DNA of 64,000 bases, taken from positions 32,001 through 96,000 of the IMG/VR virus record IMGVR_UViG_3300045988_132745; one strand, written 5' to 3'. The position numbers and the translations under genes are program-made. A model generated the notes under the pieces. The model made no database searches, was not told the DNA's origin, and worked only from the letters and a program-made list of their open reading frames with translations. Below are positions 18,364 to 27,978 of this stretch, piece after piece. Source of the DNA: a virus. The stretch's first letter is position 1; the number at the start of each line of letters is the position of its first letter.

Positions 18364-18867
18364 ATGAATTACAAACAGATGATTGAACAGGCTCGTGCCA
18401 ATGGCATGGCTACTGAGAAGAAGATGTGGGCAGCAGTAGAAACACTTTCTACCGACCTCCTTACGCTTGAGCAGACCGACCCTAAGCTCTACTGGCACAT
18501 ATTGCGCCGTCAGCACGCCGTTCTCTACGGACGGCACTATTCTGAGAAGATGGCCAACCACGATGTGAATGCTCTTGTCTATAGCGGCATGTACGATGAA
18601 GAGGGTACGCCAACCGACGGAGGTGCACATTGGACTCGTATCAAGGTAGACGAGCTGACTAAGGGCATGAAGTTTCACGCCAACGTCAACGCATGGGACA
18701 AATACGTCGCCTTCAATTCTATGTATGCCGACCTTTGCGCTTGGATGAACGAAGAGGAGATAATCAAGGCAGCCTATGCCTTCTACTTCTGCGATGACGA
18801 CTGGCAGCCATGCGAAGACGACTGCACTAAGGTATGGGACTATAACGCCCTACACGCCACGCTCTAA
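18364..18867 (+). CDS. Hypothetical protein
   Basis: 167-aa ORF. Confidence 0.5.
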   Translation: MNYKQMIEQARANGMATEKKMWAAVETLSTDLLTLEQTDPKLYWHILRRQHAVLYGRHYSEKMANHDVNALVYSGMYDEEGTPTDGGAHWTRIKVDELTKGMKFHANVNAWDKYVAFNSMYADLCAWMNEEEIIKAAYAFYFCDDDWQPCEDDCTKVWDYNALHATL

Positions 18868-18884
18868 ATTTTGGATTTTACATT

Positions 18885-18924
18885 TGTTTTTTTCAAGCCA
18901 CTTTGCGCCAATTACAAAAATCGC
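18885..18924 (+). terminator. 13-bp hairpin (terminator-like, weak T tract)
   Basis: AAGCCACTTTGCG ... CGCAGAGTGGCTT. Confidence 0.4.
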
Positions 18925-18995
18925 AGAGTGGCTTCATTTGTATCTTCGCCTTATCCGCTCCCCTACCATGTCCGCTCCGCCAAATTAAAAACGTC

Positions 18996-19003
18996 TATCT
19001 TTG
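18996..19003 (+). promoter_or_regulatory. -7 promoter box TATCTTTG
   Basis: 23 nt upstream of the ATG at 19026. Confidence 0.45.
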
Positions 19004-19025
19004 CTCATGAAAGAAACCCGAAAAT

Positions 19026-20102
19026 ATGACACAACGAAACATCAACCTTACGCTGCCCCGCTCATGGAATGAGTGCAGCACCGAGCAGTTGGAGCTCATC
19101 TCCCGTATAATGCTTGAGCAGATAGAGCGAGTCGACCGTTATCATCCCTTCGACATGCGCAACGTCAAGATAGCGTGCTTCTTCGTCTTGTCTGGCATAG
19201 AGATAGTGGAAGGCATAGACGAGTCGGAACCTCTCGAAGAGCAACACTACACTTGCCGATTCTCCACCCCAAGTCGTCGCAACCGTTTCTTCCGTCGCAA
19301 GCAACATGAGGAAGAAACCTTCCCCATCTACCTATGGCAGCTCAACTACTGGCTAACGCCAAAGCCGAAGACCGACGACCGCAACTCGGCTGAGTATCTT
19401 GCCTCTGGTGCCGGACTGCTCGATTGGCTCGACAACGAGCGTGGAGCTCACCTCACTCGCTTTCCCTACCCCACCCTTCGCCTACGCAACAAGCGTGGTC
19501 TGCTACGTCGCAAGATTGAGTTTGAAGGTCCTGCGCAGGATATGGACGGCTTCTCATGGCAGCAGTTTCGCTTTGCCCATGATCTCATGGGACAAAACAC
19601 CTCGCTCGACAACAACCTTGTCAAGATGAAGAAGATGGGCAAGTTCACAGCCGAGCAGATAGCACAGCAAGCCGACAGCGTAGACCAGGCACGCTCTATG
19701 TTCCTTGCCACAATCTTCAACCGTCGCATCGACTTCATCGACACCAACACCAACCTGAAGGTACATGATTTCCATTACGACGTGCGTCAGTTCGACACCC
19801 AAGCTCCACTCTTCCGCCACTTCCCCGCCCACCAGTGGCAACCCATCCTCTTCTGGTGGGCCGGCATGATGCACACTCTCTCACGGCGTTATCCTCATGT
19901 GTTCAAGGTGCAGAAGATCGACCGCACGCAACCACCGTCCACCCCACTTGAGATATACACCGCCACCATCGCCACTATGCAGAAATACGCCTCGCTCACC
20001 GAAGACCAGGTGAACAATCAGTCATATTCGCTTGTGCTGGAGCATTTGGAACGAATCTCGAAGGATAATGAGGAGATGGAGAAGATTCGCAACGCGAAGT
20101 GA
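19026..20102 (+). CDS. Hypothetical protein
   Basis: 358-aa ORF. No family recognised. Confidence 0.55.
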   Translation: MTQRNINLTLPRSWNECSTEQLELISRIMLEQIERVDRYHPFDMRNVKIACFFVLSGIEIVEGIDESEPLEEQHYTCRFSTPSRRNRFFRRKQHEEETFPIYLWQLNYWLTPKPKTDDRNSAEYLASGAGLLDWLDNERGAHLTRFPYPTLRLRNKRGLLRRKIEFEGPAQDMDGFSWQQFRFAHDLMGQNTSLDNNLVKMKKMGKFTAEQIAQQADSVDQARSMFLATIFNRRIDFIDTNTNLKVHDFHYDVRQFDTQAPLFRHFPAHQWQPILFWWAGMMHTLSRRYPHVFKVQKIDRTQPPSTPLEIYTATIATMQKYASLTEDQVNNQSYSLVLEHLERISKDNEEMEKIRNAK

Positions 20103-20143
20103 AAAGCGAAAAATCCAATGGCTTATTAACGAAAATATAGAGT

Positions 20144-20749
20144 ATGCAAAAGATTATGTTTAATGACAAGTACGGACTGACTGATGCCGTGCTTGCAAAG
20201 CGAAAGACGCAGACAAGGCGAATTATCACCAACAAGGAGATGCTTAAAGTCATCAAGAAGTTCGATACGTTGGGGGCGCTCTTTACTATTTACTCTCGAT
20301 TTTTATTAAATCCTGATTTAAGAGAGCGATTCATATACAATCGCAGAGTGATGCGCTATCAAAAGAACGAGACCGTAGCTATTGCGCAATCGTATGCCGA
20401 CATTACGCCTCAAGTAGATTGGGCAAACTGTATGGCTCGCAAAGAGGAAATCGGTTGGAATAACAAAATGTTTGTTCGTGCCGAAGATATGCCCCATCAT
20501 ATCCGTATAACCAATATTCGTATTGAGCGTTTGCAAGACATAAAAATCGAGGATTGCTTAAAGGAAGGTCTCTGGATGGCTGGAGACGTAGGACTTGATG
20601 GTACGATTTATTGGTATCACGGTCTTGCCAATTTCTCGTTTCGCACTCCGCAGGATGCCTACGCATCCCTCATCGACCGCATCTCTGGCAAAGGCACATG
20701 GGAGAGCAATCCGTATGTATTCGTTTATGATTTTGAACTAATAGATTAG
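20144..20749 (+). CDS. ASCH-like domain protein (tentative)
   Basis: The N-terminus (KYGLTDAVLAKRKTQTRR) resembles the ASCH-type beta-barrel start. Weak call. Confidence 0.35.
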   Translation: MQKIMFNDKYGLTDAVLAKRKTQTRRIITNKEMLKVIKKFDTLGALFTIYSRFLLNPDLRERFIYNRRVMRYQKNETVAIAQSYADITPQVDWANCMARKEEIGWNNKMFVRAEDMPHHIRITNIRIERLQDIKIEDCLKEGLWMAGDVGLDGTIYWYHGLANFSFRTPQDAYASLIDRISGKGTWESNPYVFVYDFELID

Positions 20750-20752
20750 CGT

Positions 20753-21082
20753 ATGTATCTAAAGATAAAACGTCGCAACCGTCCCGACTGCATCGTCATG
20801 CTCTGCCCAGATCGCGCCACAAAGAAATGGTGTTTCGCAAATCTTTCCACCGAACACGTCTGCACCTGTCGCTTCGACACTATCGATGATGCTTTTGCCG
20901 ACCTGAGAAAGCGTGCGGAAGTAGCGAGCTTCTCCGTAATCGAAAATCCCTTTGCTCCACATCTGACCGAGAATGCCATGCCGACCCATGTTTCAAGTAT
21001 GCCTAACTGCGTGGAAATATTTCGAGAGAATGAGGAGAGCGCACTGCGATTGCTGTGGGCAGGAGAAGTAGAGGAAGAGTAA
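20753..21082 (+). CDS. Hypothetical protein
   Basis: 109-aa ORF. Confidence 0.45.
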   Translation: MYLKIKRRNRPDCIVMLCPDRATKKWCFANLSTEHVCTCRFDTIDDAFADLRKRAEVASFSVIENPFAPHLTENAMPTHVSSMPNCVEIFRENEESALRLLWAGEVEEE

Positions 21083-21111
21083 TTAATAATGTATTAACGA
21101 AAATATAGAGT

Positions 21112-21483
21112 ATGAAGAACAGAGAAATGCACATTGCATTGCGTAATAGCGGCTATCGTTTTATTGGCGAGAAGTATGGAGATTATACCTACGGCAAGCC
21201 TTTAGGGTATGGCTGTTTAAGCGCTTATTTTCGCCCAGAGGAGGCGAAAATAGAAATATTGCTTATGGTAAAAGAGGTACCTCAGAAAGATAAACATCTA
21301 AATGCGATTTGGAAGAGTGTTCGTCACGACATATCGAGCGAGCATGAAGACTTTTACCTTAATTGCGTGCAGACCATCAAAGACTGCGAGGTAGAGATTT
21401 TCTCAACAACGCCTGTGGCTTGGCAATGTAACAGGTTTGTAAGATACGACTTTGAAGAAAACCCTTCGCTGGATATAGATTAA
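21112..21483 (+). CDS. Hypothetical protein, paralog of 27979..28353
   Basis: Shares LRN.GYRF, YT(Y/F)GKPLGYG, IFS.TPVAW and VRYDFEEN with the 27979 product. Confidence 0.6.
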   Translation: MKNREMHIALRNSGYRFIGEKYGDYTYGKPLGYGCLSAYFRPEEAKIEILLMVKEVPQKDKHLNAIWKSVRHDISSEHEDFYLNCVQTIKDCEVEIFSTTPVAWQCNRFVRYDFEENPSLDID

Positions 21484-21516
21484 AGGATATGAATCTAAAA
21501 AGAAAATATAGAGAGT

Positions 21517-22695
21517 ATGAAGAACGTAAAGATTTTCGCAAAGACCATTGAGCAGGAGGCCAAGGAACAGATTGAGAGGATGGCAGCGAGCGAGGCTTAT
21601 CGCGATTGTCAGATACGCATTATGCCCGACTGTCATGCGGGCAAGGGATGCACGATTGGTACGGTAATTCAGACTGCCGGTAAGGTGGTGCCCAATACCG
21701 TAGGCGTGGATATAGGCTGTGGTATGTTGGTATTCAAGTTCGCTGAGAAGGATATAAACCTTTCGCTTCTCGACCGAATCATCAATGAGTCGGTGCCGAG
21801 CGGATTTGACGTTCACGAAAAGTCCAAGCTAAAAGATATAAGTCCGCTTACGTCACATATTTTGCTCGAATTACACGAAAGGACACAAGGCTGCTTCGAC
21901 CCCGACTATATCGGACGCTCGCTTGGCACCCTCGGTGGCGGCAATCACTTCATCGAGTTGGACGAGGACGAGCAGGGTTATAAGTATCTTGTGATACATT
22001 CGGGCAGTCGCAATCTCGGAGTTAAGGTGTGCAACTTTTTCCAACACTTAGCCAAGAAGAATGTGAATCGAAACGAGGAGCGCAAGCGCATCATCGAAGA
22101 CTTAAAGAAGTACGGCTTAGAGAAGGAGATTAACAATACGTTGCGTCGTTTGGGCACCGTGCCTCCCGATCTCGCCTATCTTGAGGGAGAAGACCTCGAT
22201 GCCTATATTTTCGCAGCGAACGTCTGTCGGTGTTTTGCAGACGACAACAGATGGAATATAGCAATGACTATCATCCATGGGCTTCATTTACCGTTCGTGG
22301 ATTTCTTTACCACCAGGCATAACTATTTCGACATACACTCAGGCATCATCCGAAAAGGAGCCGTGCGAGCTGCAAAGGACGAACAGCTCATCATTCCGCT
22401 CAATATGCGCGACGGTTCGCTTCTGTGTATAGGCAAGGGCAACGACGACTGGCTTCAGTCGGCTCCGCACGGAGCTGGCAGACTAATGTCGCGCTCGGCG
22501 GCCAAGAAGCAGCTCAGCATGGAGGAATACCGACAGCAGATGCACGACATTTACTCCACATCGGTATGCGAGTCAACAATCGACGAGTCACCAATGGCGT
22601 ACAAGCCAGCCGAAGAGATAGAATCGCTTATAGCCGACACTGTGGAAATTAAAAAGCGCATTAAACCTATATACAATTTCAAAGCGAAAGAGTAA
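21517..22695 (+). CDS. rtcB: RtcB-family RNA 3'-phosphate ligase
   Basis: MPDCHAGKGCTIG, VGVDIGCGM, GGGNHFIEL, HSGSRNLG and APHGAGR are all present, in order. Confidence 0.9.
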   Translation: MKNVKIFAKTIEQEAKEQIERMAASEAYRDCQIRIMPDCHAGKGCTIGTVIQTAGKVVPNTVGVDIGCGMLVFKFAEKDINLSLLDRIINESVPSGFDVHEKSKLKDISPLTSHILLELHERTQGCFDPDYIGRSLGTLGGGNHFIELDEDEQGYKYLVIHSGSRNLGVKVCNFFQHLAKKNVNRNEERKRIIEDLKKYGLEKEINNTLRRLGTVPPDLAYLEGEDLDAYIFAANVCRCFADDNRWNIAMTIIHGLHLPFVDFFTTRHNYFDIHSGIIRKGAVRAAKDEQLIIPLNMRDGSLLCIGKGNDDWLQSAPHGAGRLMSRSAAKKQLSMEEYRQQMHDIYSTSVCESTIDESPMAYKPAEEIESLIADTVEIKKRIKPIYNFKAKE

Positions 22696-22741
22696 AAAAT
22701 ATACTGCGTTATCGTAAGTTTTCACGAAAATATAGAGAACA

Positions 22742-23116
22742 ATGAGAATATTCAAATTCAAAGGCAAGAGTGTTGATAGTAGTGAGTGGATTGAAGGCTA
22801 TTACTATAAGGAGTGTGATAATACCTACATCATTGAGGACAGACAGAAAGACTCTGTACTTAATCGTAATGAAGCGGTCTTAATTGATCCTTCTACCGTC
22901 TGTATGTATACAGGACTAAAAGATTGTGAAGGCAATGAGATTTGGGAAGGCGATATACTCGAAGGAGAGTCTAAATGTGAAATCGTTTTCTTTAAAGGAA
23001 CTTTTGCTATACGTTATATTAATTCTAACGGAAAAGAATGTGTTGACCCTTTACATTATTTTATAAAAGAAGACGGAACGGTTGAGTGCAAAGTTATTGG
23101 CAATATATACAAGTAG
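22742..23116 (+). CDS. YopX-family protein
   Basis: FKFKGKS...EWIEGYY...DPSTVCMYTGLKDCEGNEIWEGDIL. Confidence 0.7.
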   Translation: MRIFKFKGKSVDSSEWIEGYYYKECDNTYIIEDRQKDSVLNRNEAVLIDPSTVCMYTGLKDCEGNEIWEGDILEGESKCEIVFFKGTFAIRYINSNGKECVDPLHYFIKEDGTVECKVIGNIYK

Positions 23117-23171
23117 CAGTGGACAATGCGAATCAAGATATCTCAACGTAAGGAAGATAAGGAGGAGAGCT

Positions 23172-23633
23172 ATGATTAAACCCGAAGATCTAAGAAGGGG
23201 TAACCTTGTAAGGGTTAACCACGATTGCATGTTTCCGAAAGGCACAATGTGCGTTGTTACCGATATAAATCCCCTAAAAGTCTTTGACGATAAAAAAGGA
23301 GTCGTCACTCTATATGCTATCAACGATGAAGACGACGGACCTTGGGGCGTTTGGTGCAACTATGTCGAAGGCATACCCGTCACGCCTGAAATACTTAACA
23401 AGAACGGTTTTAAAGAAGAAGTCGTTGGCGAATACTATACAAAGCCTCTTGATAACGAGGAGTATTCTCTTGCGAGATTTTTGGCGGTAGAGCGGAAAAG
23501 TTGTAATTGGGCCGTTTTCATAAAGTATTGTAGTTTGCCCGACCATGTTTTGATACGCCACATTCTATACGTCCACGAGCTCCAAAATACCCTTTGGGGG
23601 GTGTTGGGCTTTGATGCAAAACTAAAATTATAA
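23172..23633 (+). CDS. Hypothetical protein
   Basis: Internal ATG chosen to avoid overlap with the YopX gene. Confidence 0.45.
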   Translation: MIKPEDLRRGNLVRVNHDCMFPKGTMCVVTDINPLKVFDDKKGVVTLYAINDEDDGPWGVWCNYVEGIPVTPEILNKNGFKEEVVGEYYTKPLDNEEYSLARFLAVERKSCNWAVFIKYCSLPDHVLIRHILYVHELQNTLWGVLGFDAKLKL

Positions 23634-23640
23634 ACGAGAT

Positions 23641-23931
23641 ATGAAATTTGGAATTATTGATTTTATGATGGCATCGCTTCAGGTAGCCTTCATTGTGATG
23701 AAACTCTGCGGAACAATCAGTTGGTCGTGGTGGTTAGTACTACTGCCCATACTCTTGGTTGTTGTGATAAACGTTCTCGTATACCTTCTTCTCGCTTGCA
23801 TAAAAGTGTATAAGTACCAAATCTTAAAGCAGTATGATACCGACAATGAGGCTGCTATTCGCTTGAAAGAGATGCAGCAGGAAAGGGAGGAGTTGGAGCG
23901 CGAACGTAATAATGTATTAACGAAAATGTAG
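23641..23931 (+). CDS. Small membrane protein (2 TM)
   Basis: 96 aa with two hydrophobic helices and a charged tail. Confidence 0.5.
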   Translation: MKFGIIDFMMASLQVAFIVMKLCGTISWSWWLVLLPILLVVVINVLVYLLLACIKVYKYQILKQYDTDNEAAIRLKEMQQEREELERERNNVLTKM

Positions 23932-23937
23932 AAGACA

Positions 23938-24375
23938 ATGAGAAAAGAGAAAATAAAGCAGTTGGTGGACGTAATGCAGGCGTATGTAAATGGCAAAACT
24001 ATCCAGTATTACAAAGAAGACCTTAGCTTTACGAATGAACATTCAGGAGTGCCTATTCTCAACAATAAATGGGTAGATGTGGATGAAGAACATCTTTTTA
24101 GACCTGATTTGTACGACTACCGTATCAAACCCGAATCTCAGTACCGCTCGTTTAAGAACGCAGAAGAATGCTGGCAGGAGATGCTGAAGCACCAGCCGTT
24201 CGGATGGATTAAGAGCAAGAGTGATGATCATTATGTTATGGTCACGGTGGTAGGCGTTGATGACAATATGAAGTGTGTTGCGATAAGTGGTAATCATATT
24301 TGGACTTTCGATAAAACAATAAGTGACTACATCTTCGCCGATGGAACGCCTTTCGGTATAAAGGAGGAACATTAA
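23938..24375 (+). CDS. Hypothetical protein
   Basis: 145-aa ORF. Confidence 0.5.
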   Translation: MRKEKIKQLVDVMQAYVNGKTIQYYKEDLSFTNEHSGVPILNNKWVDVDEEHLFRPDLYDYRIKPESQYRSFKNAEECWQEMLKHQPFGWIKSKSDDHYVMVTVVGVDDNMKCVAISGNHIWTFDKTISDYIFADGTPFGIKEEH

Positions 24376-24501
24376 GGTTTTTACATCGGATTTGATGGAT
24401 TCAACGGATTTTCATTCATCATCGAATGAAACAAACTGAAAAATCCGTGAAATCCGCGGAATCCGATGATAAAAAGATTATTAACGAAAATATAGAGAAC
24501 A

Positions 24502-24864
24502 ATGAGAACAATCAAATTTAAGGGCAAGCGTCTTGACAATGGCGAGTGGGTGGAAGGCTACTATAGAGGAAACAATGAAGGCAAAGCTTTTATCTCAAGA
24601 ATTAAAAGACCTCCTTTGTATTTTGCAGTTGACCCTGAAACCGTCTGCCAGTTTACAGGTTTGATAGATAGTGAAGGCAATGAGGTTTGGGAAGGTGATA
24701 TACTTGAAGGTTCTAATACAGGAGAAATCTGTTTTGACCAAGGTGCTTTCCTTATTCACTCTATTTATGATAATGTTTTGTACTCTTTATTTAATTATAC
24801 AACATGGGACGGAAAGATAACGTGTAAAGTTGTTGGCAATAAATTCGATAAGATTAGCGTATGA
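24502..24864 (+). CDS. YopX-family protein (second copy)
   Basis: IKFKGKRLDNGEWVEGYY...DPETVCQFTGLIDSEGNEVWEGDIL. Confidence 0.7.
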   Translation: MRTIKFKGKRLDNGEWVEGYYRGNNEGKAFISRIKRPPLYFAVDPETVCQFTGLIDSEGNEVWEGDILEGSNTGEICFDQGAFLIHSIYDNVLYSLFNYTTWDGKITCKVVGNKFDKISV

Positions 24865-25655
24865 AAACAGAAGAATATGTAATCACCATTAAAAAGATGC
24901 AGGCATTCTGCAATTTGGTGGAAGGTTTTTATCCAGACCAATACAAGTTTGTATGTATGCAGCATGACATTTCGGAGCGTGAGGCGATGGACATGTACGC
25001 CTATCTGCGCAAGGTGGCTTCCGGGCAGTATTGGTGTATCAACGATAAATCAGACGACTATTTTTACACTATGATAAGTATGGCGCAGGAAGCTCGCAAA
25101 TTACAGACGCTGAATAGTCTTATCAAAGATACCTCTGCTTCTGGTGAGTATGGAAAATCAAAAATCCTTGCCATATTTAAAAAAGGTGATGAATGTGTCC
25201 AAAAGGAGTTTGATTTGCAATGGCAGGCTACGTTTATCGAGATAGCCGAAATGATAAAGAATGGCTATGTATTGATGACTACCGCCCGACAGGTAGATTA
25301 TGTTGATGCCAGGGAGTATGTAGGCGAGAACGAAGACAAGAAATCACATATCCCTATCTATGATGGCGATGTGATGCTCTGCTATATAAATAAGCCGGAA
25401 TTTTGGAGTTCGGATTATGAGGACAGCGGTCTGTATCTCTGTCAGAATGGTGGTTATCATCGTCTAATCTATACTCCTGGCAAAGGTTACGTAAGACACG
25501 GCGAGCCTGATACCGATGAGGATTTTGAGTTGGAAATTGAAGATAAAGCCTTCAGCAGCTACGTAATGACTATCAGTCAAAAGTGGTATAAACTTGGCAA
25601 CATTCATGCCAGCATCGGGTTCTTGATTGAAAAGCCGAAAGATAAAGACGAGTAG
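24861..25655 (+). CDS. Hypothetical protein
   Basis: 264 aa. ATGA overlap with the upstream stop. Confidence 0.5.
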   Translation: MKTEEYVITIKKMQAFCNLVEGFYPDQYKFVCMQHDISEREAMDMYAYLRKVASGQYWCINDKSDDYFYTMISMAQEARKLQTLNSLIKDTSASGEYGKSKILAIFKKGDECVQKEFDLQWQATFIEIAEMIKNGYVLMTTARQVDYVDAREYVGENEDKKSHIPIYDGDVMLCYINKPEFWSSDYEDSGLYLCQNGGYHRLIYTPGKGYVRHGEPDTDEDFELEIEDKAFSSYVMTISQKWYKLGNIHASIGFLIEKPKDKDE

Positions 25656-25658
25656 CGT

Positions 25659-26183
25659 ATGACAACAAATAATAGAGTACGTGCTTACGCCAAGACCCTG
25701 ACAACCCCCACAACTCCCGCCAAGTGGCAGATTCCCATGCGAAAGACCCCTGCAGGCAGAATGGAGTTTTATCTTGAGGGAGAACTGAAAGATAAGTTTT
25801 GTGAGCTTTACCCCAAGATTTCCAACCGTCGTATGATGTTCTTGTTCGGCATAAAACTCTTTACCTTGCAACGTTTCAAGCGTAAACTCGGACTAAAGAG
25901 AGAAGCGCAAGATATTAGCGAGCTGCGCAAGGAGATGTGGCACAAGGAGCGACTGCGCATAAAATACGATCTCGAACGCCAGACTACCTACCGCATCCCT
26001 TTGAAAAATCTCACGCATGTTGCGCACAACCACAAGAGCATGATGATACGCCAGTGCAACTACTTTGCCGACCCACTTGGAGACCCTTACATCGTCTGCT
26101 ACGATAGCCAGACCCGACGCTCCGCAAAGCGCGAGGCTACGGCTGTGAGGCATGGGCTGAAGGTGGTGGAAGCGGACGAATAA
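25659..26183 (+). CDS. Hypothetical basic protein
   Basis: 174-aa ORF. Confidence 0.5.
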   Translation: MTTNNRVRAYAKTLTTPTTPAKWQIPMRKTPAGRMEFYLEGELKDKFCELYPKISNRRMMFLFGIKLFTLQRFKRKLGLKREAQDISELRKEMWHKERLRIKYDLERQTTYRIPLKNLTHVAHNHKSMMIRQCNYFADPLGDPYIVCYDSQTRRSAKREATAVRHGLKVVEADE

Positions 26184-26255
26184 TTAACATTAGCCGACCC
26201 TCGCGACGGACTGGGCAACACCACACCGCATATAGTATATAAAATTGAATAAGAT

Positions 26256-26426
26256 ATGAAACTAAGAATAATTTCAATGGAGGTTTATAAAGGTTGCATT
26301 CCAGAACCTGTTTATATGGTTCAGAAATATGTCGGAGACTGTATCTTCGGCAAGTGGGTAAACATCAAAGGATTTTCCGACAAAGAAAAGGCAGTGGCGC
26401 TAATGTCGCTGTTGTATAATATGTAA
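26256..26426 (+). CDS. Small hypothetical protein (56 aa; not in the ORF track)
   Basis: ATG at 26256 and TAA at 26424, translated by hand. Ends inside the 48-nt boundary repeat. Confidence 0.35.
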   Translation: MKLRIISMEVYKGCIPEPVYMVQKYVGDCIFGKWVNIKGFSDKEKAVALMSLLYNM

Positions 26427-26448
26427 TAAAAACTATAGAGACAATGAA
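26401..26448 (+). repeat. 48-nt gene-boundary repeat, copy 1
   Basis: TAATGTCGCTGTTGTATAATATGTAATAAAAACTATAGAGACAATGAAA. Differs at one position from copy 2. Confidence 0.85.
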
Positions 26449-27007
26449 ACATCAGAAATTTAAAAATCGTGATGCCTATGCAAGGCGTTATGGAGAGTTG
26501 GTAGCCGAAAATGTGGCGATGGAACAAAGAATACATGGTCTTGTCAGAGACTATAACAGGGTAGCGGAAAAACTCCGCCAGCTGGAAGACAAGCATGAGG
26601 ATGTGGTGGCGCAACTGGAAAATACGGGGGCCAATCTCAAGGAATTGCATAAAGGTTACACCAACATCTGCAACGCTAACATAGCGCAAGGGCGTGAGAC
26701 CGACAATCTCAGAAACGAGCTTGCCAAATTGCGAAGCGAGAACGCAGACTTAAAGCAAGAGCGCCGCACCCTTATCGACTTACTTGAGGAAAAAGGGTTC
26801 ACTCTCGTCAAGAACACCGAATGTCCTCACGACATGGTGGAGACTGGAGACCCGTTCTGCAAAGAAAATCCCGAAACAGTAAGAGTGGATAGCTGCGCAT
26901 GTTGGAATTGTGAATATTTCTGCCTCCGGCTGAAGGACAGAGGCAAGATAGTTTGCAAGGAAGGGCAAAAACGGAATCAGCAAGACAATAATGTCGCTGT
27001 TGTATAA
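26444..27007 (+). CDS. Coiled-coil protein with a Cys-rich C-terminus
   Basis: 187 aa. Weakly similar to the next gene (EQR(I/V)H.LV.DYN). Confidence 0.5.
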   Translation: MKHQKFKNRDAYARRYGELVAENVAMEQRIHGLVRDYNRVAEKLRQLEDKHEDVVAQLENTGANLKELHKGYTNICNANIAQGRETDNLRNELAKLRSENADLKQERRTLIDLLEEKGFTLVKNTECPHDMVETGDPFCKENPETVRVDSCACWNCEYFCLRLKDRGKIVCKEGQKRNQQDNNVAVV

Positions 27008-27036
27008 TATGTAATAAAAACTATAGAAACAATGAA
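26989..27036 (+). repeat. 48-nt gene-boundary repeat, copy 2
   Basis: Same sequence as 26401-26448 except G to A at the TATAGAG/TATAGAA position. Read in a different frame by the upstream gene. Confidence 0.85.
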
Positions 27037-27817
27037 AACAGAAGAAATCAACCCTGGCGACATCCTTTACGAAAAAGAGCGAAATTTGTTGGTGAAGGTG
27101 GCGCGAGTAGATGAAGATGGAGTTGTGAAATGTTCGGCATATACTGATATGGAAAGAATATTCAAGACAGTACCTCCACCCTATCGCATAGGCACACACA
27201 CCGCCGATGCCTATATTCCGGCTACTGACGTGCAGCGCAAGTATATGGAGAGAAATCTGGCAGTATGCAAGTATGTAAATCTGCCTAAGAACAACCGTAT
27301 GGAGACGCTTGCCTACATCATTGCCGATTTGAAGGCAGAGAACGTGGAGCTTGAGCAGCGCGTGCATCAGCTCGTGGACGATTACAACGACGTGGTACGC
27401 CAGTTGAACGGTAAGGAGAAGCATGAGCCTAATACAGAAGGTTTCACTCTTGGAGAACTGACAGAAGCCTTGGATAAATGCGAGGTCTTGGAAAAGGAAA
27501 ACAAGCAACTGAAGCAACAAAACGTTCTGCTTCTGACGGATCGCAACGAAGCAAAAACTCGTGCCGATGATTGCGACAAACTGAAAAGGATGAACGGAGA
27601 GCTGGAGCGTTTTGCAAAGGCAATCCATTCTTTTGTAAAGGATAATAAAATCTACATGAAAAAAGGAACGTCCTGCGGCTATAAGCAAGGCCACCCCGCT
27701 GTAAGTTCTACGGCCTGTCTGGAATGTAAATCTTGCCTGGGCATCATTGAAGGCTGCGGCGTGATCTGCGAGGCAAGATTGTTAGAAGCAAATGTCTCTT
27801 TCCCCAAAAATGACTGA
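27032..27817 (+). CDS. Coiled-coil protein with a Cys-rich C-terminus
   Basis: 261-aa ORF. Confidence 0.5.
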   Translation: MKTEEINPGDILYEKERNLLVKVARVDEDGVVKCSAYTDMERIFKTVPPPYRIGTHTADAYIPATDVQRKYMERNLAVCKYVNLPKNNRMETLAYIIADLKAENVELEQRVHQLVDDYNDVVRQLNGKEKHEPNTEGFTLGELTEALDKCEVLEKENKQLKQQNVLLLTDRNEAKTRADDCDKLKRMNGELERFAKAIHSFVKDNKIYMKKGTSCGYKQGHPAVSSTACLECKSCLGIIEGCGVICEARLLEANVSFPKND

Positions 27818-27978
27818 CACCGCACGCACCCTCGTAGTCGGCTTGATGCAGACACCACCCTACGACCGTATGTTCGAGCAGAGTCGCCGCGTGTATTCCG
27901 CAAAAGGAATATCGCCCACGCTGCATACGCAAGGGGGGTGGTCAAGAGATAAAAGTATTAATAGAACTATAAAAAAGA

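Noticed and set aside
23155-23171. Shine-Dalgarno-like AAGGAGGAGAGC before the ATG at 23172
   Set aside because: It is an isolated case. Other genes lack such sites, and Bacteroidetes initiation is largely SD-independent. I used it only as weak support for the start choice.
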